From the NCBI GenBank assembly GCA_030753015.1, contig JASMDC010000002.1, positions 1 through 64,000 of the forward strand: 64,000 nt of DNA, in the 5' to 3' direction. This stretch comes from Candidatus Undinarchaeales archaeon (lineage in GTDB: Archaea > SpSt-1190 > JASMDC01). Below, one piece after another: positions 19,501 through 34,500 of the stretch. The notes below the pieces were generated by a model. It was not told the origin of the DNA. It saw nothing but the letters and a program-made list of their open reading frames with translations, and searched no databases. Within the stretch, counting starts at the first letter, position 1. Every line of letters starts with the position of its first letter. The translations under genes were made by a program, and so were the position numbers.

Positions 19501-22500
19501 GTACTTGGTTGTGAACTCCTGGGAGTTGAGGAACACCAGGTCGTGGTACTGCTCCCAGATCTCGCCGGACCTGTCAGCCTTTATTTTAACTGTCCGCGTC
19601 GTAGAGTCGATCCGTGGAGTGGGCGTGGTGTAGTTGTAGTGGAGTGTCGTTGTCGTTCGGGATCCCTGCGAGACGGCTGCAGCATCCTTGGAGGTCTGGT
19701 CCGGGGCGTAGGTGAGGTTCATGGAAACATTCGCGCTTCCGTGGTTGAACAGGTGGAACCGTTTGGTCCAGTTGAGGGTTGGTTCGTCGGTGGCAAGGCG
19801 CGTGCTCGTGAACGAGGTCGTGTTCTCCACGACCTCGATATTCTGAGCTGCCCCGCTCCTGAGCAGGATGCGCGGACGGCCGTCGGCGCGTAGCACCTTC
19901 ACCCGGTGCTCGGTGTCGTTGCCGTCCAGGAAGGTACGGAAGGTGGTCCCGATGAGATTGACCTTAGTCTCCCACGATGATGCGTCAGCGGTGTCCTTGT
20001 CCCATGAGTCTGCGAGGTCGAGGCCTGCGAGCACGGTTCCATTGACTATCTCGTCCAGCACTGTGCCGTTCACGAACACATCGAAGTTCTGCCACATGAT
20101 CTCACCCTCGGTGATGTTCGCCCGGCGGATGATGGAGAGGGTTCCGCCGGTGACCGGGGCGTTGATGCATACATATACCGGGGTCGTCTCGAACTCGTAG
20201 AACAGCTCCACGTCCGACCGGGTCGTGCGGTCCGAGATGGTCGTCTCTTTCGATGTGCTGAGGCGCTCTGAACAGTCCGCCTTGAGCGAGAGGAAGGCCT
20301 TTGTGTTCCCGGTCTCGAGGAGCGGGTGCGCCTCCCCGTGGATGAGGGCGAGGCTCACTGACTGGTCGCGGTCGAGCACCTTCGTGGTGTTGTGGATGAT
20401 GGCGAGCGCCTTGCCCTCCTTCAGCTTGGAGCTGTTGATGAAGAAGATAGTCGAATTGTCCTGGGAAGCAGGGATGTAGGCGTGGTAGGAGCGGGACACG
20501 TTCGCCACGTAGGGATCACCTGACGAGGAGGAAGTGTTCGTCTCGATGAGGGTGACGTCGTCGGGCACTGTACCCTTGATCCGGACGGTGATGTCGAAGT
20601 CCTCCTTCTCTATGCCGTCGACCACGCCGTCGGGGACCACGCGCAGGCCCTTCGTCGCGTCCTTTGTGGTCCCTTCGTACACCTGTAGATAGTAGTAGCC
20701 GCTTGCCAGCACGTCCTCGAGGTAAGTGGAGTAGGTGGGGGTCGTCCCGTTCACGGGTACGTACGAGGTCGTGCCGTTGGTGTACTCTACCGTGTAGTTG
20801 GCGTCGCCCCAGGCCGTGATCGTGTCATTGGCGTGGATGAGGTCGGCGTGCATCTTCCCGGTGACGCGCGTGACGTTGAGCTCGACGTTACTGTTGGCCG
20901 GTAGCGCGCGGGTGCGGTTCAGCACGGGTGCGGAGGTATGGCCGCCGGTGTGGGCGTGCACCACGCTCCAGGCGGTCCCGGGCAGGTAGACCGCGTAGGT
21001 CATGGGGGCCGTGGTGTCGGTGATGTTCACATATGCATCACCGGGGCCTGTTCCGTCACCCGCTAGGTCCACCGACACGGTCTTGACGTCGGGCGGTACG
21101 ACACCGAACAGTCGCGCGGTGATGGCGAGCCCGCTCTTCTCGAGCCCGTCCAGCGCCCCGTCGGGAACGAACCGACTTCCCCGGGTGACGTTGCCCTTGC
21201 TGTCGTTCACCTGGAGATAATAATAGTTGCCTGTGGTGTGGACGTCGTCGAAGTATACCGTATAAGCGCTGCCTGCCATCTGCACCGTGTCCTTACCGGC
21301 CGACAACCGGTTCATGTAATCGTCGCCTCCGTACACGGCCAGGGTCTCGTCGGATGCGGACGACACCAGATCGGTATGGAGGGTTCCGGTGAGGGTCGTG
21401 ACGTTGAACGTCGTGTCCTTGGTGATGGAGCGAGCGAGCTGCGGCGGCGTCCCTCCGGGCGGTGTTGCGGTCGTGTAGAGCAGGACGTACGCATCGGTGT
21501 CCCCGCCGAAGAAGATCACGTACGAGCTCTTGGCGTCAGGTGTCCATGGATCACCGGACGTCTGAGTGAACCCGTCCTTGGCGAGGTCCAGGGCCACTGA
21601 AGGGAATGCCGCGGGGACGACACCGGCCAGGCGCACGTCCAGGTCGACACCCGTGGCCTCTGCGCCGTCGTTGGTGCCGTCGACCGCCACACGGATGCCG
21701 CGGGTGCGGTTATTGCTGTTGGCGTCCAGGACATCGAGGTAGTAGTGGCCGCTCGCGTGGACGTCCTCGAGGTACACCGTATAGGCGCTGCTGGACACAT
21801 GGTAGGAACCGGTACCGTTGGTGAGCTCGCTGTCGTACGCTGACGAGGCATGCACCTTGACCACATCGGTGGAATTAGTCAGCTCACCGTGGACAGCGCC
21901 CGTGATGGTAGTGACGTTCAGGATGGCGTCAGCAGATAGGTTCCGGGCGCGCTGGAGAAGCGGTGCGGTGGACTGCGGGCTCGACTCGGCCCACATCCTT
22001 ACCTGGGACGTGGTGTCGGCGGGGCCGTAGAGGCGATAGGCACCCTTGACAAGCACGGCCCACGGATCGCCACCGGACGCGGTGACGCCATCGTTGGCGA
22101 GGTCGACAGCCACGGTGCGGACAGCATCGGGCACGACACCAGAGAGCCTGACGTTGAGGTCCACGTTCGAGGCGGGGATCGAGGAGGCAGCGACCCGCAG
22201 ACCGCGTGTGACGTTCCCGGTGTCGGCGTCCCGGGCGTCCAGGTAGTAATATCCGGAGGTGGTTGTGTGCTCGAAGAAGGTCCGGTATGTACCGCTCGAG
22301 TAGTGGTAGGAGGAGGTGTCTGAGGACAGCTCTTGGGTACAGTCGCCGTCAGCGTAGACGCGGACCTTGTCCTGTGAACCGCCAAGGTCGGTGTGGACGG
22401 CACCGGTGATACGGGATATATCGAGGACGACATCGCCGGCGTTCAGGGCCTTGGTGCGCTTGAGCACCTCGGTCGAGCCGCTAGTGTCCTCGTAGGCGTG

Positions 22501-25500
22501 GGTGAGGACGGAGACGTCGATCTTGTCGCCGTAGAGGCGGTACAGTGAGGAGGGGAGAGTGGTCGTCCAAGTATCGTCACCGTCGCTGTCGTAGTCGAGC
22601 CCCATGCGCTTGACATCGGCGTGGACCGTGCCCGCGACCCGCGTCTCCAGGTCCTGGACCTTGGCCTGGGCCGTAGTGGTGAAGGCGTGGCCGCACTGGA
22701 CGTACGTGGCGCTGTCCACCGAGGTCTTTACATAGAGGGTGCTGCCGGAGTCCTCGAACCAGATGATGTAGTCCGGCCCGGTCGACAGGGATGGATTGAC
22801 GGTCTCTGTGCTCGCGGCGCTGGCGCAGGCGGTGGCAGTGTGGACCTCGATGAGGTCGTTCCCGCCGTTACGCAGGTCGGCGTGTACCTCGCCCTGGAGC
22901 CTGCCCACGTCGATGTCGGCGGAACCGAGGCTGCTGGTGGACCTCTCGAGGACCCTGTCGGTCCCGTTGCAGAACACGAGGTAGTAGGTCACCCCGTTCT
23001 GGCCGTACACGTCGTAGTCGGCGTCGGACTGGGAGGGATCGGTATCGGTGTCGGACGAGAGGTATGCCTGGCCGGAACCACAGGCACCCGTACCGGGATC
23101 GTCGAGGAACACCCTGACGGTTGGCTCGTCGGCGGGGAGGTCCCCCGATCCCTTGACCGCGGGCGAGAAGGTGAGCCCCTGCCCACCTGCCAGGCTCGTG
23201 AGCTTGATGCCAGCGCGCAGGTCGGCGGACGTGCAGGATGTCGTACTCGAGGATACCAGCGCGAAGGCGGTGGCCTGCGTGACCTCGAAGTACTGGTGAG
23301 CGCTCCCAGCGTCGTACTGGGATCCCGCGACATCGCGTGTGGAGAGCACGCTCCCGTCGGGTGCCGTGCACACGATCACCTTGGCGGAGTCGAGGTCATC
23401 GTGCACGCTCCCCGAGCCACCGGAGGCAATCCGGGCTATGTTCATGACCGCATCTGAGGTGATGCTCTTCTCGCGCTCGAGCACCTCGACGTTACCGGTG
23501 ATGTAGGCGTGGACGTAGAGAGGGCTGTAGTTGGCGTCACCGTACACAGCGTATGATCCGCTCAGTGTGGACGTCGTCCACAGGTTATCGGTCCCGTCCT
23601 TAGCATAGTCGAGGCCGACGCGGGTTATATCCGAATGCACGGTACCGCTGGCCTTGCCGTCGAGCTCCACGGTGGCCGCTTGGGAGGAGAGGGTGAAACC
23701 GGGGCCACACTGGGTTACTACCGCGTCCTTGGTGCTCTTGAGATCGAACGCGCTTGGTCCGGGGGACTCGAACCACACAGTGTAGTCGGTCCCCGCGGAC
23801 GCTGTAGGCTGGACATCGTGGCGGGATACCTCGGTAGTGCACGAATTCTCGGTGAACACTTCGACGTTGTCGGCGGTCCCGGTGTCCTCGAGGTCACTGT
23901 GAGTTTCACCGGAGACCTTTCCAAGGTGGACGGCCAGGTCGCCCGTAATCCCGCTCTTGGCCGTGCTCTCAAAGAGTCGCGCGTCAGAACCATCACAGAA
24001 CACTACATAGACATCCTGTCCCTCGGTCCTGTTTACATAGAGGTCGTAATCGTTCGCGGATGGGGAAGCGTCCGGTAGTCCGTCATATCCACGGAGCGTT
24101 GTGCCTGCCGCGGTGCATGCCTGGCCTGCTGTAGCGAAGAGCTTGACGTACGAGACACCGGCCGGGATATCGCCGGTGACCTTGTGGAGGGGAGTGTACT
24201 GGTAGCTGTTTCCTGCCTGGAGGCCAGTGAGGAGGGTTGTGGTGTTGAGCTTGGTGGCGGTGCAGTCGAGGGCCGCCGTGGACACGCCAAGGTAGAGCTG
24301 GGAAATGCCAGACATGTCGATGTAGAGGCGGTCGCCGATGGTGACGCCCTCGAATGCCTGGCCTGTGATATCCTCGCTCACAAGTGCCGACCCACCCGGT
24401 ACCGAGCATGCGACGATATGATGGGCCGTGTCGTCGAGGTCGGCATGGATAGCGTCCTCCAGCGCCCGGACCAGGGAGATGTCGAAAACCACGTCGACTC
24501 CTGCAAGGCTCTTTGACCGCTCGAGCACCTCTGTCGCACCACCCGTGTCCTCGTAAGCGTGTGCGAGGACGGACGTGTCGGTGGCGTCGCCGAAGAGCTT
24601 GTAGGCGCTCGAGGAGAAGGTCGTGGTCCAGACATCATCGCCGTCGGTAGCATAGTCGAGACCGATGCGCTTGATGTCCGACGGGACCGTCCCAGAGATC
24701 TCGGCCGTGAGTGGCTGGAGCCCGGCGCGGCTTGTCGTTGTGAAGGCGTGACCGCACTGCACGTAAGTGCCGTCCATCGATGTCTTGACGTAGAGCGTTC
24801 CTCCCGCATCCTCGAAGAAGATGGTATAGTCGGGGCTCGCTGCATCGGAGGGGTTGACGGTCGCGGAGCTGACGGTTGACACGCAGGTAGAGGTGTCGTG
24901 GACCTCAACGACGTCGTTCCCTCCGGTCTCGAGGTCCGAGTGCGCGTCACCGGTGAGTCGGCCAACGTTGAAGGTGACGTCTGAGGCGAGCGATTTCCCG
25001 CGCTCGAGCACCTCGGTGGAACCGCTTGTATCCGAGTAGGCGTGGACCAGGACCGATGTGTCTGCTACGTCGCCGAAGAGGCGGTAAGCGCCGGAAGAGA
25101 ATGTGGTAGTCCAGCTGTCGTCACCATCGGTGCTATAGTCGAGGCCTATCCGGAGCACATCAGCATGGACAGTACCGGCTACCTTGGCGGTGAGTGGTTG
25201 GGCCTTGGTACGGCTGGTCGTTGTGAAGGCGTGACCGCACTGCGTGTACGTCCCGTCGACGGATGTCTTGATGTAGAGAGTGCCATCCGCGTCCTCGAAG
25301 AATATAGTGTAGTCCGGGCTCGCTCCATCGGAGGGATTGACGGTCGCCGAGCTGACAGCGGAGGTGCAGGTCGATGCATCGTGGACCTCTATGACGTCGT
25401 TCGCACCGGTCTCGAGGTCGCCATGTGTGTCGCCAGTGAGGCGTCCGACGTTGAAGGTGACATCGGAGGCGAGCGATTTCCCCCGCTCGAGCACCTCGGT

Positions 25501-28500
25501 GGAACCGCTCGTATCCGTGAAGGCGTGGATCTGGACGGATGTGTCAGTTGCGTCCCCGAAGAGCTTATAGGCGCCTGAAGAGAAGGAGGTGGTCCATGTG
25601 TCGTCAGCATCCGCCGCGTAGTCGAGGCCCATGCGCAGGACATCGGAGTGGACGCTGCCCTCAACGCGAGCAGTGAGCGCCTGGACCTTTGCACGGCTGG
25701 TCGTTGTGAAGGCGTGACCGCATTGGGTGTACGTCCCGTCGACGGACGTCTTGATGTAGAGAGTGCCATCCGCGTCCTCGAAGAAGATGGTGTAGTCCGG
25801 GCTCGCTGCATCGGAGGGATTGACGGTTGCCGAGCTGACGCCGGAAGCGCAGGTCGATGCATCATGGACCTCTATGATGTCGTTCCCACCGGTCTCTAGG
25901 TCGCCGTGCGTGTCACCGGTGAGTCGGCCGACGTTGAGCGTGACATCGGTCGTGAGGGCCTTCCCACGCTCGAGAACTTCGGTGGAACCGCTTGTATCCG
26001 TGAAGGCGTGGACCTGGACGGATGCGTCAGCAGCGTCGCCGAAGAGCTTGTAGGCGCCTGAAGAGAAGGTCGTGGTCCATGTGTCGTCTCCGTCCGTAGT
26101 GTAGTCTAGGCCCATGCGGAGCACATCAGCGTGGACCGTACCGGCGATCCGTGTCTCCAGGTCCTGTACCTTGGCCTGGGCTGAGAGAGTGAACTGATGG
26201 CCGCACTGGACATAGGTGCTGTCCACGGACGACCTTATGTAGAAGGGGCCTCCGGTGTCCTTGAACCAGACAAGATAGTCCGGAGTGCCGGCAGCGGGAT
26301 TGACGGTCTCGGTGCTCACAGCGGAGCCACAGGAGGAGGCGTCATGTACCTCGATGACGTCATTACTACCGGTCCGCAGGTCTGCGTGCACCTCTCCCTG
26401 GAGCCGGCCTACGTCGATATCAGCCGCTGCCAAGCTGCTAGTGGACACCTCGAGCACCCGGTCGGTACCGTTGCAGAACACCATGTAGTACGTCTCCCCG
26501 TCCTGACCGTAGACCTTGTAGTCGAGGCCGCTCTGTCCGCTGTCAGTGGACGTGTCGGAGGCCACGTACGCCTGGCTTCCACCGCACGCGCCGGAGCCGG
26601 GGTCATCGATGAATAGGCGAACTGTGGGATTATCGTTGGGGATGTCCCCGCTCTGGAACACGCTGGGTGAGAACGTATAGCTCCCGCCGCCAGTGATGGA
26701 CGTGAGCTTTGTGCCGGCTTGTAGGTCGGACGACGCACAGGATGTAGTGGTCCCTGACAGGACGGCGTAGACCGTACCATCGGAGGTCTCGAAGTACTGG
26801 TAGGTCGAGCCGCCGTCGAAGGACGAACCGGTGACGGCCTCGCTGGATATTCGTGTGCCGCCTGGTGCGGTACAGACCAGCACGTTGGCTGAGTTGAGGT
26901 CGTTAGAGACCTTGTCGGATCCTCCCGAGGATATCCGGGCCACGGAGATGGCGACATTACCTGAGATGGAGGAGCGAGACGTGCTCTCCAGGATCCGGGT
27001 GGACCCAGTGCAGTACACCACGTAGAAGGTGGCGCTGTTGGTGGCGTTAACGTAGAGGTCGTAGTCGTTTGCGGACTGGCCAGAGTCGATAACGCTGTCG
27101 TACCCAGCGAAGGTGCCGTCCACATCTGAGCACGCCTTGCCGTTAGCGGTGAACAGGCGGGTGCCGTCGATCGAAGAGGGGATATCACCTGTAACCTTGT
27201 ACAATGGTCGGTACCCGTAGGTACCTCCCGCGGTCACGGAGGATTGCTTTGTAACGGTCACAAGGTCGCTGGAAGCGCAGCTGTATGATGAGCCTGTCAC
27301 TGTGAGGTATATGTCCGTCACATCTGTTGTGTCCACATAGAGCGTATCGCCGCCCTCGTAAGCGGTTCCGGTGATGTCCTCGCTCGTCAGCGCCGCGCCG
27401 CCGGGCAGGGAGCATGCTACCACGTGGTCACTGGCGTCGTCCAGATCGTCATGGAGCGCACCGCCAGCGGCGATCGAAACGATGTCGAACGCTACGTCTA
27501 GGGCCGTGAGGGCGCGGGTGCGCTCGAGCACCTCGGTGGCACCCGACGTGTCCTCGTACGCGTGCACGTCCACCGAGGCGTCCGCAGCGTCACCGAAGAG
27601 CTTGTACCCACCACTCGAGAACGTGGTGGTCCAAGCCTCATCGTTGCCGTTCCTGCTCTGGTCGAGGCCGATGCGATTGATGGCACCGGGCACCGTGCCC
27701 GCTACACGCGCTGTGAGGTCGACGACCTTTGCTTGTGAGGTGAGCGTGAAAAGGTGACCGCACTGTACGTAGGTGCTGTCCACGGACGTCTTGATGTAGA
27801 AGTTGCTACCCGTGTCCTCAAAGTAGATTGTGTAGTCCGGTGTAGCTGCCGTCGGATTGACCGTTGCGGAGCTGACCTTGGATGCACAGGTGCTATCGTC
27901 GTACACTTCGACGACATCGTTCCCGCCGGTGCGCAGGTCAGTATGCACGTCTCCCGTGAGCCGGCCAGCGTCCACGTCCAGGTTCTTACCTGCAGCTCCG
28001 GAAAGGTTCTTGCCCGTGCGGGAGAGTACCGTCCCGCCCGTTGTGTTGAAGGATACAGTGAGGCTGGTGTCGCTACCGTTGGTGTAGAGCGCATACCCGC
28101 CGCTCACGACGGAGGTGGATCCTTCTGCACCGCCACCCTCGTCGAGGTCCACAGATACCACGGTTATGTCGGTGTGCACGGTACCTGTGATGGCACCGGT
28201 CAGGTCAGCGGTGGCCTCTCGGTTCCCGTCAGGGGAGATTGCGTTGCCGCATGTGCTGTTCGTGGATGTGGCGGCCTTGAGATAGAAGGTGGACGCACCG
28301 GTGGAGTCGAAGTACACGGTGACATCGGCGCCGCCGGAATCGCTCGCGTCCGTGGACGCGGACCGGGCCTCGGTACAGGTGGACGTAGCATATACCAGGA
28401 TGCTACCGTCATCATCGAGGTGCGTGTGTGTCTCAGCGGTGAGCCGGGCGATGTTAAAGGTGACAGCGCTCGTGAGGTCATTGAGGCGCTCCAGTGCCTC

Positions 28501-31500
28501 CACATCGCCGGTAAGGTAGGCGTGGACATCCACCTGGCTGTCGGATCCGTCACCGTAGATCGCGTAGGCGCCACTGAGCGTCGAGGATGTCCGGACCTCG
28601 TCGGTGCCATCTCTGTCATGGTCAAGACCCATCTTCAGGACGTCGGTCTGGACAGAACCGGCGACCTTTCCGTGGAGCGGGACCGTGGCCGCCTGGGAGG
28701 TAAGGCTGACCGAGTGACCGCACTGGACGTTCGCCCCGGTGTCCTTGGTGACCTTGACGTAGAACGGGGACGCTCCGGTGGACTCGAACCACACGGTGTA
28801 GTCCACACCGGAACCGTTCTCGGTGGGCTGTGTATCGTGGCGCGACACCTCGGAGGTGCACGTGGCACCGGTGAACACCTCGACGTTGTCAGCCGTCCCT
28901 GCGTTCTCGAGGTCGGAGTGGGCCTCGCCTGAGATCTTCCCGATATGGAGGGCCAGGTTACCGGACACCGTCCGGCTCGACGCTTCGAAGAGCCGGACGT
29001 TGCTAGCATCGCAGAACACCGCATAGAGGGTAGTGCCCTCGGTCTTGTTCACGTACAGGTCGTAGTCGTTTGCGGACTGACCCGTGAGCAGGGCGCCGTC
29101 GTACCCGCGCAGGGTGGTGCTCGCGGCGGTGCACGCCTGGCTGACTGAGGAGAACAGCTTGACGTACGAGATCCCGGCCGGGATGTCGCCGGTGACCTTG
29201 TACAGTGGTGTGAACTGGTAGCCGCTGCCGCCCGTGGGCGACGCGAGCCGTGTGGCGGTGGCGAGGTTCGTGGCCGAGCAGTCAAGAGCACCTGATGATA
29301 TTGTCAGGTAGGCCTCGGAGAGGCTTGTGGCATCGAAGTAGAGGATATCCCCGCTCACACCCTCGAAGGCTGTGCCTGTAATGTCCTCGCTCACGAGCGT
29401 CGAGCCACCGGGCGCAGTACAGACAACCACGTGATCGCCCGAATCGTCAAGGTCGTCGTGGATGGCCGCTTCTAACGCCCTGACCTTGGCAACGTCGAAC
29501 CCGACCGTCCCGCCGGCCAGGCTCTTGATGCGCTCGAGGACCTCCGTGGTGCCATTGATATCCTCGTATGCGTGGACACGTACTTGGGTGTCGGCAGCGT
29601 CACCGAACAGCATGTACACCTGGTCCTGGAGAGTGGTCGTGTAGGTTTCGTCGCCATTGTCATCGTAGTCGAGACCGATGTGGGGGACATCGATGGGCAC
29701 GGTACCCGACACGCGAGCGGTGAGGTGATGGTCCGTCTTGGTCTGCGAAGTGAGGGTGAAGGGAGTACCACAAGCGTCGTAGGTCTTACCGGACGCCACG
29801 ACGGTCGTCTTGATGTAATAGGTGCCGCCAGTGGTGTCCATGAAGAGAACGGAGTAATCCGGATTATTGCCGTCGTTCGGCTGGACCGTCTCGGAGCTGA
29901 CCTTGGTGGTACAAGTGCTGTCCGAGTACACGTCCACGCGGTCGTTACCGTCCCCCGGGGTTTCCAGGGACGAGTGGGCGTTACCGGACACCTTCCCCAC
30001 ATCCAGGTCGGTACCAGCCTGCGCGAGGGTTGACACGGAGGTCTGGACACCCTTGGAGGTCCCGTCACAGTACACGATGTAGTAGGTATCGCCGTCCTGG
30101 CCATAGACCGCGTAATCGGCATCGCTCTGGGTGTAGTCGGTGGAGGTGTCCGCGGCGATGTAGTCCTGGCCCGAGGCAAGGCAGGCCGAGCTCCCGGGAT
30201 CCTCGGTGAACACGCGGACGGAAGGATCATCGGATGGGATATCGCCCTTGAGCTTGCCTGTCGGATCGAAGGTCACCGTGGCGCCCGGAGTGACGCTACG
30301 CTTGATCCCGGCCCTTAGGTTCGACGAGGCACATGATGTCCCTGACGTGGAGAGGGCGAAGTACACGTCGCCCGATCCGGGAACCTCGAAGTACATGTAG
30401 CTGGTGCCGCCGTTGTCGTAAGATGATGCTGCAAGCTCTGTCGTGGAGATGCTCGCGCCCGAATCGCCCACGGCGGAGCAAATGACCACGGAAGTGCTGC
30501 CCTTGATGTCAGCATGGACCTTATTGACGCCGGATGTGTGAACCCTTGCTATATCGATGTCTGCTGTGGCCACGTCGGTGATGAGGGCCGACTCGTACAG
30601 GACCGTACTGCCCTCGCAGAACACCATGTAGTAGGACTGGCCGTCGTGACCGTACACGGCATAGTCGGCGTTGGACTGGGAGCTGTCGGTGCTGGTGTCC
30701 GATGACACGTAGGATTGACCTGACGACTGGCATGCGCTCGTGTCGGGATTACCGATGAACATCCGTACCGTCGGATTGTTGGCGGTGATGTCACCCGTGG
30801 CCTTGTCAGTGGCCGTGAACGTGTCGGTGTCGCCGGCCGCCACCGTCGTGCTCACGGCGGCCGAGAGGTCGGACGAGGCGCACGAGGATGATGATGACGA
30901 TACCGCGAAGTACACGCTGGATCCCGAGGGCTCATAGTACTGGTAGGTGCCGCCGTTGAACTGGGTACCCGAGACCGATGCCGATGAGATGCGAGTGCCC
31001 GAGTCGCCGATGGCCGAGCACGCCACGATGTTCTTGCTCGTGAGGTCGCTGTGCACTGTCCCGCCCACCCGGGCGAGGCTCAGGGCGAGGTCGTCGGGCA
31101 CGCTCTTACCGGCGGACTCGAGGAGGAGGGTGTTGGACCAGTCGCAGAACAGCACATAGAAGGTCTCCGAGGTGGTCTCATTGGTGTAGAGGGTGTAATC
31201 GCTGGAGGTGCCGTGGGATACTCCGCCGTCGTAACCGCGGAAGTTCAGGCCACCCGTGGTGCATGACTGGCCCGAGGTACTGAAGAGCCGTACATGGGTG
31301 GGGCCCAACGGTATCTTACCGGAGAACCGACGACTGGGGGTATAATAGTAAGTGGTGCCGCCCGTCACGCTACTCTGCGGGGTCGTGCTGTTGATGGCTG
31401 TCACCTGACAGCCGTCAGATGCCGTGGAGATGGTGAAGAACACCTGGCTGCCGTCCTTCTCGAAGTAGAGGTCCGTATCACCGTCGTTGAAATTGAGGCC

Positions 31501-34500
31501 GGACACGACCTTCGAGTTGAGCTTGGTGCTGCCAGGGCTCTTGCATGCGAGCGCATAGTGGTTCCCGTCGGCCAGGTCGCCGTGGATGGGGCCGCTGCTC
31601 TTGACCTTGGCGACATCGAGGACGAAGTCTATGGCCAGGCTCTTGGGACTCTCCAGCACCTCACCTCCGGAGTCGTAGACGTGGACGTCGAGGGAGGTCT
31701 GGACACTGTCTCCGTAGAGGGCGTACGAACCACTGAGCGAGCCCTTCGACACCAGGTCGTCGCTCCCGGTCTTACCGTAGTCAATGCCCACGCTCGTCAC
31801 GGTCGAGGGAACGGTGCCGCTGGCCTTCGTGTTGAGCTGGACCGCGGCGGCCTGGGATGTGAGCGTGAAGCCAAGACCGCACTGAGCGTTCGCTCCCGCA
31901 TCCTTGGTAGCCTTGAGATAGAATGTGCTCACAGTGGTTTCGAAGTATACGGTGTAATCGTCACCGCCCGATGCAGCGGGCTGGATATCGTGGCGGGACA
32001 CTTCTGAGGTGCAGGAGCTATCACTGAACACCTCGACGTTGTCGGCTGTCCCGGAATCCTCCAGGTCAGTGTGGGTCTCCCCGGCCACTTTGCCCAGGTG
32101 GATCGTGGTGGCCCCGGACACGGTCCGTCCCGACGCCTCGAACAGCCTGTTGTTGGAGCCATCGCAGAACACCGCGTAGAATGTCGACGAGTCGGTCTTG
32201 TTCACGTAGAGGTCGTAGTCGTTGGCGGTCTGGGCCGTGGTCATGCTTCCGTCATAGCCGCGGAGGTCGGCATCCACATCGGTGCATCCCTTGCTCGCGG
32301 CGGCGAATAGCTTGGCATAGGTCGGCCCGGAGGGGACATCACCGGTGACCTTGTACAGGGGTGTGTAAGCGTACCCACTGCCGCCGGACAGGCTCGACTG
32401 CTTGGTGGCGGTGATGATGTTGGTACCGGTACATGAAAGGGACGAGGACGTGATGGCGAGGTACATGTCGGAGATGCCCGTGACATCGACGTACAGCACG
32501 TCACCGTTCCCGGAGCCTCCTTCGAAGGTAGCCCCGTTGATGCTCTCGCTGACGAGCGCGGACCCGCCCGGAGCAGAGCAGGCGACAACATAGTCGCTGG
32601 TGTCGTCCAGATCATCATGGATGTTCTGCGGGGTCGTTATCCGGGCCACGTCGAACGTCCGGTCGCCGGCGGTGAGGTCGCGGGTGCGCTCGAGGACCTC
32701 GGTAGAGCCACCGGTGTCCTCATAGGCGTGGACGAGGACGGCGCTGTCCGCGTTATCGCCGAAGAGCTTGAACGCGCTGGACTGGAATGTGGTGGTCCAG
32801 GTATCGTCGCCGTTAGAGTCATAGTCCAGCCCCACCCGCAGAACTCCCGAGGGCATTGTCCCTGCAGCGAGTGTCTCCAGGTCCTGGGTGGAGGCTTGGG
32901 CAGTGAGCGTGAAGGCGTGACCGCACTGGACGTACTGACCCGAGTCCACGGACGTGCGGACGTAGAATGGGCTCCCCGTGTCCTCGAACCATATGTAGTA
33001 GTCCGGAGCGGCTGACGTCGGGTTCACAGTCTCGGAGCTAACCGCTGACGCGCAGCCGATAGTGTTGTGGACCTCGATGACGTCGTTGCTACCGGTGCGA
33101 AGGTCGGCGTGCACCTCACCGTGCAGCCGGCCCACATCGATATCGGCAGTACCGATACTGGTAGTGCTCGTCTCTAGAGCCTTGGTCGTGCCGTTGCAGA
33201 ACACCACGTAGTAGGTGGCCCCGTTCTGCCCGTAGACAGCGTAGTCGGCGTTTATCTGGGAGGAGTCGGTCGTCGAGTCCGAGGAAACGTAGATCTGACT
33301 GCCACCACAGGCACCGGTCCCGGGATCGTCCACGAACATGCGGACCGACGGATTACCTTCAGGGATGTCACCTGCGCCCTTGGCTTCGGGTGCGAACGTA
33401 TAATCGCTACCACCAGCGACGCTGAGCTTGATACCTGCCGAAAGACCAGTGGCGGAGCAGGACGAGGCGGAACCGGATACCACGAAGTACGCAGTTGACT
33501 GAGTGACCTCAAAGTACTGGTAGGTGCTCCCGCCCTCATAGCTCGTACCGGTGACAGACTCGCTCGTAAGAACTACCCCGTCAGGTGCCGTGCACGCCAC
33601 GATGAATTGGGAGTTCAGGTCGTCGTGGACCTTGGAAGCACCACCCGAGGCGACACGGGCAACGTCGACGTCCACGGCCGCGCTGATGGAGCTCTGGGCC
33701 ACGCTCTGGAGGCGACGTGTACCACCGTTGCAGAACACAAGCCTGAAGGTGGAGCCGTCGGTCTTGTTCACGTAAAGGTCGTAGTCGTTGTCGCTCTGCC
33801 CTTCGACGAGGGTTCCGTCGTAGCCGGCCATGTCGCCGTCAACGTCGCTGCAACCCTTCCCTATCGCTGAAAAGAGGAGGGCGCGGTCGACTCCGGTCGG
33901 AACGTCACCGGTAAGTTTGTACTTTGGGATGTACCGGTAATGACCGCCAGCGGAAACGCTGGTCTGCTTGGTGGCAGTGAGGAGGGTGGACCCGGTGCAG
34001 TCAAGTGACGCGGAGGAGCTGCCGAAGTAGACCGTCGTCTGGCTCGTAGCATCGAAGTATAGGGTGTTACCGCCCTCATAGGACGTACCGGTGATGTCCT
34101 CGCTCGCGAGCACGGATCCGCCAGGGAGAGTGCATACAACAAGATGGTCGTCGGCGTCGTCCAGGTCGTCATGAAGTGCCTCGCCCGCGGTGACCTTGGC
34201 CACGTCGAACGTCTTGTCACCGCTGTTGATGTTGCGGGTGCGCTCCAGGACCTCGGTTGAACCGCCAGTATCCTCGTAAGCGTGGACGAGGACCGACGTA
34301 TCGGCACTATCACCGTAGAGCCTGTAGGCGCTCGAGGAGAATGATGTCGTCCAGGCGTCGTCACCGTTACTGTCGTAGTCGAGACCGGCTCGTAGGACGC
34401 CTGATGGCACGGTCCCGGACACCTTGCCCTCCGTGTTCTGGACCTTGGCCTGGGATGTAAGTGTGAACGCGTGGCCGCACTGGGTGTATGTGCTGTCCAC

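Noticed and set aside
17846-26160. DNA repeats considered as a CRISPR array or mobile element
   Set aside because: All are in-frame coding repeats (30-nt and 483-nt periods) without unique spacers, terminal repeats, cas or transposase genes.
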